DNA of 63,837 nucleotides, the filler included, from Malassezia furfur (lineage: Eukaryota): assembly GCA_052055015.1 (NCBI GenBank). It is 3 parts of 3 records of this genome, joined end to end, with 100 filler letters (N's around TTAATTAATTAA, not from the genome) between each part and the next. Parts side by side here need not be neighbours in the genome. Positions count along the whole stretch, not along the records: positions 1 to 22,620 come from JBQJIT010000156.1; 2 more parts are not named here. One strand, written 5' to 3'. Positions 1 to 11,801 of the stretch are shown one piece after another. The notes under the pieces are model-generated. The model searched no databases. It saw nothing but the letters and a program-made list of their open reading frames with translations, and was not told where the DNA came from. How positions within the stretch are numbered: position 1 is the first letter of the stretch; the number at the start of each line of letters is the position of its first letter. The position numbers were made by a program, and so were the translations under genes.

Positions 1-11
1 CACATTGGGAC

Positions 12-1985
12 ATGGGCGAGGCGCCCCGCCCCACACATCGCGTCTGGGTCGAACCCGAGGTGTGCGCACATCCCACGGCGTATGCCAAGGACAACATCGA
101 GGGGCACCTCGAGCTTGTCTCGACCGCCGACCCTGCAACTGCCGCGTCAACCGCGCTCCGCTTCCACGTAGATGCGCCGCACGACACGCGCACGCCGACA
201 TTCCATGCGGCGCTCACGCACTTGCGCTCCCTGCGCCTCGGTGCACCATCGCCGCTGCGCACGTACGGCTCCGTGACACTCCGCAAAAATGATGAGTCCT
301 CACCGGTGACGCTCTTTTTTCACCACGATACCCACACAGAGACCACACGCACCTGGGGCGGGCAGCGCTTGCTCGATGCGCTCCGCCTGTACGTCGAAAT
401 CGTCGCGAGCCGGCAGGACCCGGGCCTCTATCTCGTGGACCCCGACCGTGAGCTGCGTGCTGTGCATACTGCGTCCGTGTTTTCCGACGACGCGCTCGAC
501 AAGCGCCCGACACAAACAACCCCCGAAAACTTCTCGCAGTGGGCGCACCTCACGCGCATTTCGGTCCTCGCGCAATTCTCACATGTTACGCGCGGCGCAC
601 GCCAGTCGCGCGACGCTATCTGGAAGAACCCATTGGTGCGCCGTGCGTTGCCGCAGAAACCGAGCGCCACGCAGTCAAATGCACAGGCTGGTCCCTACAT
701 GGTGAGCGCGCAAGCGGCGCCGCCGGAACGCGAAGAATTTGACGCTGCACGCGTCTACCTCGCCAAATGGGCCCAGTCGGTCGCAAGTGAGGGCGAGCGC
801 AACCAGATCGCCGAGGATGTCGATGTAGAGTCGTTGCTGGGCACGACGCCGATTCCTTCCGGCAACGATGCAGGCAGCCTCCGCTCCGCACCAGCCATCA
901 CATCCGATGCATGGACGTCTTTGCTAGACGACGGCGCGGACGCCACGACTCTAGCACAGCACATTTTTCACCGCGGCGTCGCCCCCGATGCGCGCAAAGA
1001 GGTGTGGCCGTACCTGCTCGGCGTGCTGCAGCCAACGTCGGATCATGCGAACCGCACGGCGCAGTGGGATGCACGCTACCGTACCTATGACGAGCTCGCC
1101 AACGAGTGGAAGCAGAGTGGTGTTCAGCTGCCCGAGGACGTCGAGGCATCCAAGCACCGCATCTGGATCGACTGCCTGCGCACCGACACCAAGCATCCGC
1201 TCTTCGCAGACGAACAGGGTGCGGACGAAGCCTTCCGTGCGATGCAGGCGAGCGGATGGGATCGACAGCCGCATCAGGGTAGCGGTGCGGAGCGCGTGAA
1301 TCACCACATGTACGCGCTCAGCGACGTGCTCCTGACGTTTTGCTTGTACGCAGAGCGCGACGAACAACTTGCCAAACTACACGGCTATGTCCAGGGCATG
1401 AGTGATCTCTGTGCGGTGTGCTACGTGGCGTGCGAGGGCGACCTTGCGCGCACGTTTTGGTGCCTTGTCGGCGTGCTGCGCCAGATGGGTGCCAACTTTG
1501 TGCACGACCAGACAGGCATGCGGAATGAGCTGCTGATCTTGCAGCGGCTGCTCGCCGAGCTGTGCCCGAAACTGTATGCCTACCTGCACGCTGTCGATGG
1601 GCTGAATCTCTTCTTCTGTTTCCGCTGGATCCTCGTGTGCTTCAAGCGCGAGTTTGCATTGCCCGATGTGCTGCGGCTATGGGATGCAATCTATGCAGCA
1701 AGTTGGAGTACACCCGATGACAAACTCGACTCGCCGCAATGGCCGCTGTGCCACCACTTTGAGCTGTTTGTCGCGCTCGCCATCCTCAACAGCCATGCCG
1801 ACGTCATTGTGCGGCACCTGCGCACCTTTGACGAGGTGCTACAGTACGTCCATTCGCTCGCGTATCAAATGGATGTGCACGCCATCCTCCGACGCGCCGA
1901 GGCGCTCGTATTCCGCCTGCGCGGACGCACAGAGCACCCGCACACCCAGCTGGAAACCAGCTTGAAAGAGCTCGTGCTTCGCTAA
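12..1985 (+). CDS. GYP7: TBC-domain Rab GTPase-activating protein, Gyp7/TBC1D15-like
   Basis: TBC motifs IWIDCLRTD (arginine finger), GYVQGMSDL (glutamine finger) and LFFCFRWILVCFKREF; intronless 657-aa ORF. Confidence 0.9.
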   Translation: MGEAPRPTHRVWVEPEVCAHPTAYAKDNIEGHLELVSTADPATAASTALRFHVDAPHDTRTPTFHAALTHLRSLRLGAPSPLRTYGSVTLRKNDESSPVTLFFHHDTHTETTRTWGGQRLLDALRLYVEIVASRQDPGLYLVDPDRELRAVHTASVFSDDALDKRPTQTTPENFSQWAHLTRISVLAQFSHVTRGARQSRDAIWKNPLVRRALPQKPSATQSNAQAGPYMVSAQAAPPEREEFDAARVYLAKWAQSVASEGERNQIAEDVDVESLLGTTPIPSGNDAGSLRSAPAITSDAWTSLLDDGADATTLAQHIFHRGVAPDARKEVWPYLLGVLQPTSDHANRTAQWDARYRTYDELANEWKQSGVQLPEDVEASKHRIWIDCLRTDTKHPLFADEQGADEAFRAMQASGWDRQPHQGSGAERVNHHMYALSDVLLTFCLYAERDEQLAKLHGYVQGMSDLCAVCYVACEGDLARTFWCLVGVLRQMGANFVHDQTGMRNELLILQRLLAELCPKLYAYLHAVDGLNLFFCFRWILVCFKREFALPDVLRLWDAIYAASWSTPDDKLDSPQWPLCHHFELFVALAILNSHADVIVRHLRTFDEVLQYVHSLAYQMDVHAILRRAEALVFRLRGRTEHPHTQLETSLKELVLR

Positions 1986-1994
1986 TATACAATG

Positions 1995-2786
1995 CTATGC
2001 CAATTCGGCGTCGACCACATACCGGTCGCCTACATTCTCCACAGGGTATTTTTGGGGGGTATACCGGCGCCGGTGCCAAGAACGCACGAGGCGCTGCGCC
2101 TCGGCGGTCGATTCGAGCCGCACCAAAAACCAGGCATCTGTGCCGGCCGCGTGCCTGTGTGAGCAATGCCGAAGTGACGTACAAGGGGGGAAGTTTGAGC
2201 ACGCTGTTGGGGGCCGGCAGGGCGCCGAGTCCCAACAACTCCGACGGCAAGCGAGCGCCGTCGTCGTTGCGCGCAAAAGGCACGAGACTGTCGAACACCA
2301 GTGGTGTTGGCGTGCCCATCTCGCCTACGAGCGCATAGTTCCGCCGCAGCTTTTTTTCGAGTTTTTCGGCGGTGGTCTGCAGAGGGAGATTACGCAACAG
2401 CACACAGCGCATCGGCTCGGCGGTCAGGACGTCGAGCGCAGTGTAGAGCGTATGTGGCCTGCCCTCGTATTGCGTGCGCATCGTTTCACGCGCCCTGTCG
2501 AGTGAAAGCTGTGTGAGTGATCGGAACATACCTCGCTAGCAGCGATCTCGCGCCCGCCGGCGAGCTTGGCATTCACGCGGTGAGCGGCCCATGCTGGGGG
2601 TCGCTCACTGGGCAGTGTCACGATCGCCGAGCCGGACGGCTGGAGAAACGGGGTGCGGAGCACATCAATACGGACCTCGGCAGAACCCCCTCCGAGCCGC
2701 CAAATATCTTGGGGTAGGGCAGTCCGGGGTAGATTGCGCAACAGTACGCACGGTTTCATGCTTCGTCCGTGCCGCACCGGCCCCAT
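1995..2786 (-). CDS. Protein with two RRM-like segments, possibly mitochondrial RNA-binding; 3 exons
   Basis: Duplicated CVLLRNLP motif and WFLVRLESTAEAQRLVR; three ORF pieces join in frame after removing GT-AG introns 2509-2531 (23 nt) and 2155-2182 (28 nt); start is either ATG 2786 or 2759. Confidence 0.65.
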
Positions 2787-2980
2787 CTGGCGGACTAGGG
2801 CTTAAGTTTGATGTCGGCGTTGTTCGGCGCTAGTACGAGGGCCAATCAAATTTATGCCAATGCGCGAAGCCAACACTCGTAGGCCATAGTGGCGCGACTT
2901 TTTTTTATTTGCTGATTCTGGCCCGACTAGACATCTTTTGGGGAGGTACGTGGAGCTCGTCTTGCTCCCTTACCACGACG

Positions 2981-4537
2981 ATGATCGCTCCTGTCCTGCG
3001 CGCTGCCGTGCGCAGCGAAGTGCGCCCCCTTGTGCGCAACTTCACGAGCTGCCGCCCTGTTTTTAAAACGACGAGCCACTCCAAGGTGGTTTCTTCGGTG
3101 GAGGAGGCCATCAAGGACATCAAGTCGGGCGATACCATCATGGTGGGTGGTTTCGGGCTGTGTGGCACGCCCGAGACGCTCATCACTGCGCTGTCGAAGC
3201 GCCCTGATGTCAAGGATCTCCACGTTGTGTCGAACAACATGGGTGTTCCTGGCGGTGGTCTGGGCCTCCTCGCTGAGGCCGAGAAGGTCAAGATCGCCAT
3301 CGGCTCGTACGTCGGCGGGAACAAGTCGTTTAGCGACCAGTTCATCCGCGGCGATGTCATGGTGCACCTGGTTCCTCAGGGCTCGCTTGCCGAGAAGATC
3401 CGTGCGGGCGGCGCGGGTATCCCCGCGTTCTACACTGCCACGGGTGTCAACACTGCTGTCGAGAACGGCGAGCTGATCATGCAGTACAAGAAGCAGACGC
3501 CCGAGGAGAAGGAGAAGGGTGTGCCGCTCGAGGTGGTGCGCTACTCGAAGCCGCTCGAGACGCGCGAGTTTGACGGCCGCAAGTACGTGCTTGAGAAGGC
3601 GATCAATGCCGACTTTGCGCTGGTCCACGCGTGGAAGGTCGACGAGGCCGGCAACGCCATCTTCCGCCGCACTGCGCGCAACTACAACGACGTCATGGCG
3701 CGCAACGCCAAGGTGACCATTATCGAGGCCGAGGAGATTGTGCCCGTCGGTGAGATTGACCCTGACCACATCCACCTCCCCTCGGTGTTCACCAACCGCA
3801 TTGTCAAGGCGGAGCTGCCGCTCCACACCGAGTTTGTGCGTCTGTCGAAGCCCGACGCGGACAGTGGCAAGCCGAAGACCCCGACGAGCTCGCGCGACGT
3901 GATTGCCTCGCGCGCCGCCAAGGAGCTGAGCGACGGCATGTACGTCAACCTCGGTATTGGTATGCCCGGCCTGGTGCCGAGCTGGCTGCCGGAGGGCGTC
4001 AATGTGATGCTCCACGCCGAGAACGGTCTGCTAGGTATCGGTCCGTACCCCTCGAAGGAGTCGGACGTCGACCCCGACCTGATCAACGCCGGCAAGGAGT
4101 CGATCACGTTTGTGCCTGGTGCCACGTCGTTCGACTCGAGCGACAGCTTCGGCATTGTGCGTGGTGGCCACCTCGACGTGACGATGCTCGGTGCGCTGCA
4201 GGTGACCTGCGACGGTGACCTGGCCAACTTCATGATCCCGGGCAAGTTTGTCAAGGGCATGGGTGGTGCCATGGACTTTGTGTCGAACCCCGACCAGACG
4301 CGCGTGATTGTCCTCACGGAGCACGTGGACAAGTACGGCCGCCCCAAGGTGGTCGAGAAGACCTCGCTGCCGCTCACCGGCAAGCGCTGCGTCGACATGA
4401 TCATTACCGACCTTGCCGTGTTTGAGGTGAACCGCAAGGACGGCGGCATGACCCTCATTGAGCTTGCGCCTGGTGTGACCGAGGAGGAGGTCCGCGAGAA
4501 GACCGGTGCCCCCTACAAGGTCGCGCTCAAGAAGTAG
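2981..4537 (+). CDS. OXCT1: Succinyl-CoA:3-oxoacid CoA-transferase (SCOT), fused A/B domains, with mitochondrial presequence
   Basis: [41 protein letters not shown], catalytic HAENG, GMGGAMD; Arg-rich N-terminus from ATG 2981. Confidence 0.93.
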   Translation: MIAPVLRAAVRSEVRPLVRNFTSCRPVFKTTSHSKVVSSVEEAIKDIKSGDTIMVGGFGLCGTPETLITALSKRPDVKDLHVVSNNMGVPGGGLGLLAEAEKVKIAIGSYVGGNKSFSDQFIRGDVMVHLVPQGSLAEKIRAGGAGIPAFYTATGVNTAVENGELIMQYKKQTPEEKEKGVPLEVVRYSKPLETREFDGRKYVLEKAINADFALVHAWKVDEAGNAIFRRTARNYNDVMARNAKVTIIEAEEIVPVGEIDPDHIHLPSVFTNRIVKAELPLHTEFVRLSKPDADSGKPKTPTSSRDVIASRAAKELSDGMYVNLGIGMPGLVPSWLPEGVNVMLHAENGLLGIGPYPSKESDVDPDLINAGKESITFVPGATSFDSSDSFGIVRGGHLDVTMLGALQVTCDGDLANFMIPGKFVKGMGGAMDFVSNPDQTRVIVLTEHVDKYGRPKVVEKTSLPLTGKRCVDMIITDLAVFEVNRKDGGMTLIELAPGVTEEEVREKTGAPYKVALKK

Positions 4538-4632
4538 ATAGCGAGCGACACGCAATCCAAACAACAAATCCAATCAATCTATTGACCATTTCTCTATATA
4601 CATGAATGTATGCGATGTGGTACTTGCTTGGG

Positions 4633-6618
4633 TTAGGGCTCCTGCGTGGCTGGCGGTGCGGCCGGCGGCGCATCGTTCACCACGCGCTCGTGCTCGCTGG
4701 TCCAGCTCTCCACGCTGTCCCACGGCTTGGTGCGGCCCGCAACGCCCAGCAGGCCGCGCGCGCCGTGCGAGGAGATACTCGACGAGTCGCCTGCCGAGTC
4801 GTACTCGTCCAGGATCTCCTCGCCAATCAGCTCCTCGAGCACGTCCTCGAGCGTGATGATGCCGAGCGGCGCGTTCGGCACCTGGTTGTGCTTCTGCACG
4901 GTCGCCGGCGGCAGCGTACCGCTTGCGCTCATCGGATGCTCGGGGTCCTCGAAGTCGCTCTCGCGCCCACCCCGCAGGCGGTGCACGAGGCGGTGCAGAC
5001 TCGCTACCGGCAAGAACTTGTGTCGTGGCGGCGTCGTCGGCCCGGTGGCCGCCTCGTTCGTCTCGGTGCCAGTCGTGAGCGAGACGTGCGCCTGTGCGGG
5101 CACAGTGGGCTTCACGTCCAGCGACGAGTGAGGGCTCACGATCGCCATGTGCGAGCGGCCCTCCTGGAAGACGTTGAGGACGTTGAGCAGCGGCTCGTCC
5201 CACGGCACGGTCGGCAGCGCATTGATCAGCAGGTCGCTCACCGGCACCGCGTCGTCGGGGTCCAGCAGCACACACTGCTTTACCAGCAGGGCGCCGAGAA
5301 TCTTGCGGCGGACGTGCGGCGCCGGGGCGTTGGACGGCGCGGCGCGCTGCAGCGGATCGCCGCCGGGCCCGCCGTCGTCCGCATTGGGCGCGCGCGCCCC
5401 AACGCCGGCCTCGGCGCGCAAACCCAGCGTGCGGCTCAGCTTGCTGACCGCGTTCGCCGGGCTCGTTAGTGGCGTCCACGTTCCGGACGAGGCGAGCGAG
5501 GTCTCGACATCCTGGTACACGGGGATACGCGAGTGCCCCGAGCGCACAATCTCTTCTAGCGTAGCATAGTCCAGGCGCGCCGTGACCGGGATCATGTGCA
5601 CGCGGTCGATCGGCGTCATCGCCTCTTTGGCCACTTTTTCTTGCATATCCAGGGCGCCGCCGACAATGGCGACCGTGTCGCCCTTGAGGTCGCCGCCGTG
5701 GCTGCCCGTAGCCGCGTGCATCGTGACCAGCTCTTTGAGTTCCGAGCGGCGGTACACGACGCCTTGGTGCGGGCCGAGCGTATAGTGCATGATGCGCGAC
5801 ACAGGGTAGGCGATCGGCCACAGTACAATCATCACGCACCGCGTAAACATGGCCATGGACGCGCCCACACGCAGGCCATATCGCGAACACACGCTCTGAG
5901 GGATGAGCTCCGCAAACAGCACCACCAGCACAATCGACACAATCACCGCCTGGATACCACCGCCCAGCAGCGGGTCGGCAATGATTGGCAGCGTCTCGTT
6001 GGTGATCATGTTGGCAATGAGCAGCGTGGTCAGCAGGAGGTGGCCGTCCTTGCGGATCGGAATGATCTTGGCCGCATCCTCTTGCTCGCGCCGCGTACCT
6101 TGCGCCGTCAGGACCTGGAGCTGCGTCTCGTCGAGCGACATATACCCCAGCGTCAGGCCGGCAAAGATACCAGACAAAATAACGAGCACAGGGATCAGAA
6201 TGCCATAGATAATCTTCTGACCGGATGATAGGTGGTCGTCCTTCGTCTCGCACGTTTCGCGTCGGAAAAGCGGGGCGGCGTACGACACCGACGACGACTG
6301 CGCAGTCGCATCGATCCCTGGCACGCGCTCCCACGAGGCATACCTACGTGCGAGTACGAGCGACGCGATGCAGCCTACGGCGATGCCCATGACAACTGCA
6401 ATGCTGAGGAGCAGAGCGAGAGTGGCGCCGGCGTACCGGCGTTGATACCAGGGTGGCACTCGCTCCTTCTCGGCGCCGCAGGCCGCTACACGCGGAAGAT
6501 GCTCGTATCTGCATTGTGCAATGCGTGTATATATCAGGTCTCCAGCCTGATGGAGACAATCAGGCGGCTCATCATCCGCCACCAGGTCGGACCCTGCGCC
6601 CCAGCAACCGTGAACCAT
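4633..6618 (-). CDS. MAM3: CNNM/DUF21-CBS domain metal-homeostasis membrane protein; start uncertain
   Basis: LSGIFAGLTLGYMSLD, HLLLTTLLIANMITNETLP, ELIPQSVCSRYGL, SGHSRIPVY, FQEGRSHMA, GIITLEDVLEELIGEEILDE. Confidence 0.88.
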   Translation of the reverse strand: MVHGCWGAGSDLVADDEPPDCLHQAGDLIYTRIAQCRYEHLPRVAACGAEKERVPPWYQRRYAGATLALLLSIAVVMGIAVGCIASLVLARRYASWERVPGIDATAQSSSVSYAAPLFRRETCETKDDHLSSGQKIIYGILIPVLVILSGIFAGLTLGYMSLDETQLQVLTAQGTRREQEDAAKIIPIRKDGHLLLTTLLIANMITNETLPIIADPLLGGGIQAVIVSIVLVVLFAELIPQSVCSRYGLRVGASMAMFTRCVMIVLWPIAYPVSRIMHYTLGPHQGVVYRRSELKELVTMHAATGSHGGDLKGDTVAIVGGALDMQEKVAKEAMTPIDRVHMIPVTARLDYATLEEIVRSGHSRIPVYQDVETSLASSGTWTPLTSPANAVSKLSRTLGLRAEAGVGARAPNADDGGPGGDPLQRAAPSNAPAPHVRRKILGALLVKQCVLLDPDDAVPVSDLLINALPTVPWDEPLLNVLNVFQEGRSHMAIVSPHSSLDVKPTVPAQAHVSLTTGTETNEAATGPTTPPRHKFLPVASLHRLVHRLRGGRESDFEDPEHPMSASGTLPPATVQKHNQVPNAPLGIITLEDVLEELIGEEILDEYDSAGDSSSISSHGARGLLGVAGRTKPWDSVESWTSEHERVVNDAPPAAPPATQEP

Positions 6619-6876
6619 GCACGCTAACGATAAGGCGCGGTGTGGCCCATGCGCTACGTGGGGTGCGCGTTAATTATGTCAGCATATGTCAGCAGCGCGT
6701 GGAACGAGGCCGAAGGCGGTATAGCCGCGCTGGAAAACGATGGAAGGCGAAAGACGCAATGAAGGCCGCCAAGCGGTGCGCGTGCATTGTTCGGCGCAGA
6801 AAAGTGCTGCAGCTCCACGCGGCGTGTATTTTAGCGGCGAAGAGCGCAGTCTGCCACACGACGCTGTTCCACAACC

Positions 6877-8193
6877 ATGGTGAAGTACGTATGCGCGTTT
6901 TGAGTATACTGACCGCAGAGAGACAAAGGTATGCTGGCATTTGCGCGTTTGTCCCGCTAACACGGCAGCTATATGATTTGCTCGGCGTAAACCCCTCGGT
7001 TTCCGACTCGGAGCTGAAGAAGTAGGTGGCACACGACTGACTCCAGGGCATACCGTAAGAAGGCATTGGCCTTGCACCCCGACAAGGGTGGTGACCCCGA
7101 GCTCTTCAAGGAGGTCACCGCTGCATACGAGGCGCTGTCTGACCCGGAAAAGCGCGAGATGTACGACCGTTTCGGTATGGACGGCCTGAGCGAGAGCGGC
7201 GGTATGGGTGGCGGCATGGACCCCCAGGACCTGTTCTCGCAGCTGTTCGGCGGCGGCGGTGGCTTCTTCGGCGGTGGCGGCCGCCCCAAGGGCCCGCGGA
7301 AGGGCAAGGACCTGATCCACCGTGTCAAGGTCACGCTCGAGGACCTGTACAAGGGCAAGATCACCAAGCTTGCGCTCCAGAAGCACGTGCTCTGCTCGTC
7401 GTGTGAGGGCCGCGGCGGCAAGGAGGGCTCGGTGAAGACCTGCGACACCTGCAAGGGTCAGGGTGTCAAGGTTGTTCTCCGCCAGCTCGGTCCGATGGTG
7501 CAGCAGATGCAGCAGCCGTGCCCTGACTGTGACGGCACGGGTGAGCGCATCGCGCCCCAGGACCGCTGCAAGGCCTGCAACGGCAAGAAGGTTACCCAGG
7601 AGCGCAAGGTGCTCGAGGTCCGCATCGACAAGGGTATGCAGGACGGCCAGCAGATTACCTTCAAGGAGGAGGCCGACCAGGCGCCCAACACGATTCCGGG
7701 CGATGTTATCATTATTGTGGACGAGCAGCCGCACCCGCGCTTCAAGCGCAAGGTTAACGACCTGTTCGTGGACGTCAAGGTGGATCTCCTTACCGCGCTG
7801 GCCGGTGGTAAGGTGAGCATTGAGCACCTCGACGACCATGCGCTCTCGGTTGAGATCCCCGCGGGCGATATCATCAAGCCTGGTGACATGAAGGTGCTCC
7901 GTGGCCAGGGTATGCCCTCGTACCGTCACCATGAGCCGGGTGACCTGTATGTGAACCTCTCGGTGGAGTTCCCCGAGTCGCTCTCCGAAGAGCAGATGGG
8001 TCTTCTCGAAAAGGCGCTCCCGCCGCGCAAGCGCCCGGCCAACCTGCCCAACAATGTCGACGTCGAGGACGTCATTATGGACAACATCGACGACAGGGAG
8101 GCCCACCGCGCGCGGACTGGCCCCTCCAACACCATGGATATGGAGGACGACGAGGCTGGCGGCGGTCCGCAGGTGCAGTGTGCCCAGGGTTAA
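6877..8193 (+). CDS. YDJ1: Type I Hsp40/DnaJ co-chaperone; 4 exons including a 10-nt micro-exon (6919-6928)
   Basis: Splicing out 6885-6918, 6929-6968 and 7022-7046 gives MVKETKLYDLLGV...[17 protein letters not shown] region, four CxxCxGxG-type repeats, C-terminal CAQG. Confidence 0.95.
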
Positions 8194-8274
8194 ACCGCTT
8201 GTACATGATCGATTCCTGCGTGGATGATTGTAGTCATATATTCCTAGGCAGCTATCCTTGTCTGCGCCATCCTA

Positions 8275-9256
8275 CTAAACGTTACTCTCGAGCTCGGCCT
8301 TCTTCGCCTCGGCCTCGGCCAGACGGCGATCGAGGTCCTCCAGCTCACTTGCTTGCGATTCGACCGATGCTTGGCTGCATGTCAGTGGGTCCACGTACAT
8401 CTGCTTCACGCGCTCCTCGATCGAGGACAGACCACTCTCCGCTTCCGTCCCGACCGACAGCGAGGTGCCCGAATTGGAGAGCTCAGGGAGCGTCGGCGCC
8501 GAGTTGGCAGGGTACGCATCCTCGCCTTCGGCTGCCATATCCAGGTCCGCGTCCGTGCGGCCGCCTGCGGCAATGTCTGCAACGTGGAACAAGACAGGGT
8601 CGTCACTGTCGACTTGGTCGGGTGCGAACTGGAAGAGACGGACCTCGGCATTCGTCCAAGGGTACTCCTCCTGAATCACACGACGCAAAATATCGCCGTG
8701 TGCAACCAGCACAATGTGTTCTTCCGGACGTTCGAGCAGGTGTTGCCGAATCCACTTGGCACGTGCGTTGAGTGAGTCATGGTCGGCGGCTGTGTGAGGG
8801 GGTTGACATACCGTAGAAGCCTTCCTTGCTCGTCCACTCGGGCGTCAGGTTGGACAGGTCGAAGCGTGCAAACTCGGGGTGAGCTTCCAGCACCTCGCGT
8901 GCCGAGCCGGTATCGCATGGCAGTGCGTTGCATTCTGCGGTGAGCGCAAGCACATACCCTGAAGCTGAGGTAGACAGACCACCTCGGCGTGTCCGCCTAG
9001 ACGGTCCACGGCATCCGAGAAGCCGAGCGAGACCGTCTGCAGCGTCCGGCGCAGGGGCGAACTGAGGATCACCTGCGCCGTCTGCTGCAGCTCCGGGGTG
9101 AGCCCAGGGAGTCGCGAGGCTTGACGCTTGCCGAGATCGGTCAGAGGAGCGTCAGGAATCGAATAATCGTCTTCAACGTTCTGAATTAGTTGCGATCGTA
9201 CGTACGTGCTCGGCCTGAGCATGCCGGGTCAAATAAATGCGACTTGTGGGGGCCAT
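8275..9256 (-). CDS. Histidine phosphatase / phosphoglycerate mutase family protein; 4 exons
   Basis: Spliced [18 protein letters not shown]...[10 protein letters not shown]...PCDTGS...VLVAHGDIL; introns 9181-9205 (25 nt), 8935-8957 (23 nt), 8790-8811 (22 nt). Confidence 0.9.
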
Positions 9257-9331
9257 GGTTGGTTGGTGTGGGCAACGCGCACGGTTTCGCGAAGCTTGTC
9301 ACGTGCATCGTTTACGCCTTCGTCTACGATC

Positions 9332-9805
9332 ATGCTGGGACTCAAGTCAACGATGTCGGTACGTATGCCTATGTCTCATCTAGATTATCGACAACTCGGG
9401 CGGTCTGGTTGCAGAATGCATCAACGTGCTGCGCTACAAGTCCTCGAAGGGGCTGGGCCGGGTCGGTACGTTGGCCTCTTAAGGTTCTTCTTTCTGACAC
9501 TCGCAGGTGACGAAGTTGTCGTTGTCGTCCAAAAGGCGCGCCCCATTCCTACCAACCAGATACCTGGTAGCTCGGCTAACGCGCTGAAGGTGCGCCGCGG
9601 CGATGTGCGCCACGCAGTGATCGTGCGCACCAAGAAGGAGGCGCAGCGTCCGGACGGGCGTGTCGTCAAGTTCGACGACAATGCTTGTGTCCTGCTGAAC
9701 AACCGGAAAGAGCCGCTGGGCACCCGTGTGAACGGTGTCGTGTCCAGCGAGCTCCGTGAGCGTGGTTGGGGCAAGATTCTCAGCCTTGCGCCAAAAGTCG
9801 TTTAG
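9332..9805 (+). CDS. MRPL38: Mitochondrial ribosomal protein uL14m; 3 exons
   Basis: Spliced IIDNSG...ECINV...[35 protein letters not shown]; introns 9359-9383 (25 nt) and 9466-9506 (41 nt). Confidence 0.93.
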   Translation: MLGLKSTMSVRMPMSHLDYRQLGRSGCRMHQRAALQVLEGAGPGRYVGLLRFFFLTLAGDEVVVVVQKARPIPTNQIPGSSANALKVRRGDVRHAVIVRTKKEAQRPDGRVVKFDDNACVLLNNRKEPLGTRVNGVVSSELRERGWGKILSLAPKVV

Positions 9806-9821
9806 CCATTATACCGTAACT

Positions 9822-11746
9822 CTATGGCTTTGCTTTTTCTTGTTCCTTCATCTCCTGTGCACGCCGCGCGATCTCCTCCGGGGCAAGGCTGCGGTGCTGC
9901 TTCTTGCGGTGTCCCTTGGCCGCAGTTCCGGGGCCCCAGTTCGCTTGCGGGTTCATCTGGTACCGAACGGCGTGCTTCTCCGACGGTGTACCGTGGAGGA
10001 TAGCGTCGGTGCGTTCGTTCGGTGTCTCGTAGTCAAATGCGCGCCTTGTTGCGGGCGTGCCATCCTCGTTACGCCGCGAAAGGAGGCCCTGAGCCGCCGA
10101 TCCTTCCTTGAGACGCTCGGGGTTGACAGGGTGCTCCTTAATCCAGGAGCGGAAGAGGTCATACACTTCGCCGCGCGATGCATTCGTCTTGATGGAGCCT
10201 GCCACGCAGTGCGACCGCGAGACGTCAAATCCAGCGTTCAAAAGGGCGTGTCTGCGTTAGGATGGTATACGTACACCACGGGTGCCAGCGGCGGCGAGGT
10301 GCAATGGAAGAGACCGGCCACTTTGGCGGGGTGGAAATAGAACGGCGCATCCAATTCCTGGGTCAGTGATTGTGTACGTACGTCGCGTGCGGTGGAAACC
10401 ATACCCCGAATACGCGCCTCGGTGCCGAACGTGTGCTTGCCCGAATCCAGTGTCTCGAGAATTTCGTCACAGAATTCCGAGTCTTGAATTGGGCCAAACC
10501 ACATCGGACCGCCCACATGGAAGGAGCCCCCACACTCGCCGCAGCGCATGTCGGTGGGCGGACCCGGTGCAGAGCCAAATTTGACGTTGGGCACACCCGT
10601 TTTGACGCTGGGTGTGGACGTTGCGCGGCCCATCGGCTGGATGTGGAAATCGCTGCACTTCCCACACGAATACACCAAACCGGTCTTGGATGCATTCAGC
10701 TTGACCGTTTCGGGCCGCGTCCACACGCGCACAAACACGCGGAGATAGAAGTCAATCGAAAGTGACAGCATCGGCTGGATGTAGCGCCCATACCGACCCG
10801 CTGCTGTGGCGATCGCGTGCAAAACGAGCCGAAGCGCAACCTCGTGCGAGTATTCGGCTTTGACACTGACACCACCGTACAGCGACCAGCACTTTTCGGG
10901 GTAGTTGTGGCCCGCCAGCACCGCCAGATCCGTGCACGTAACGCACAACAGACCACCGTCCGCGACCGACTGCACGGCGGCGTCCAAGAACGGTGCAGCT
11001 GTACCATATGGGTCAAGATCGACCACGTCAAAGCGCTTCGATGGGTCGCGGTGCTCGTACATCAGCGCAATAGCATCGCCCTGGTTGACATGCACTTTGC
11101 AATCCGGGTGAATCTGAAGATCGTCGGCGCTGGGTAGCTCCTTGGACTCCTGTGGCTCTTTGGTAACCGCCTCGCCAGCATCCTCCGTCTGCAGCTCGGC
11201 GACTTCTTCCAATGGCCGACCCGGGGGAAAGTTGAGTGCGAGATTTCGGCGCATGGCCTGCACTGCGCTGTGCGAGAGATCATTGGCGAGGATCGAGCCA
11301 AGCAGCGGGATCTCCTTGGCATAGCGAATGCTGCGCAGGCCTGTTGCGCTCAGCGCCTCGAGAATGTTGAATTTGTACGAGCGGTACTCTTCGTCGATTT
11401 TGGCGCGCTTGTTTTCCGGCTCACCACGCTTGGCGCGCTTGGCATTGCGCGTCTCCATGTGTGCGATGTACCGCTGCTTCTTCTCACGATCGAGAATCTG
11501 GCTCCATGAGATAATGGCCAGCGTGCTCAGGTCGCGATTGAACTCTTGCACCGGGTTCAGGAACGCGGCTTCCTTCGAAGGCATGACAATGGTCGCGCTG
11601 TTTTCGCGAAATGCGGACTCGTTGCTCTTGATGTGAATGCCGCGTTTCGCGACCGCATCGGCGCTCAGTAAAATGGGCTCGGGTGCCATGATGCGCAGTG
11701 TCCTCGTCCAAGCAGCGAGTCGTATGCCGCTCGACGCACCAGGCAT
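9822..11746 (-). CDS. TRM1: tRNA (guanine26-N2,N2)-dimethyltransferase; two in-frame ATGs (11746, 11689)
   Basis: FLNPVQEFNRDLS, ILEALSATGLRSIRY, DVVDLDPYG, GGPMWFGPI, HALLNAGFDVSRSH; introns 10358-10381 (24 nt) and 10252-10274 (23 nt). Confidence 0.95.
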
Positions 11747-11801
11747 CAACTTTTGGTGCGAAGACCACCACGTGACCTCCACTCCTTAACTTTTCCAGAC
11801 G

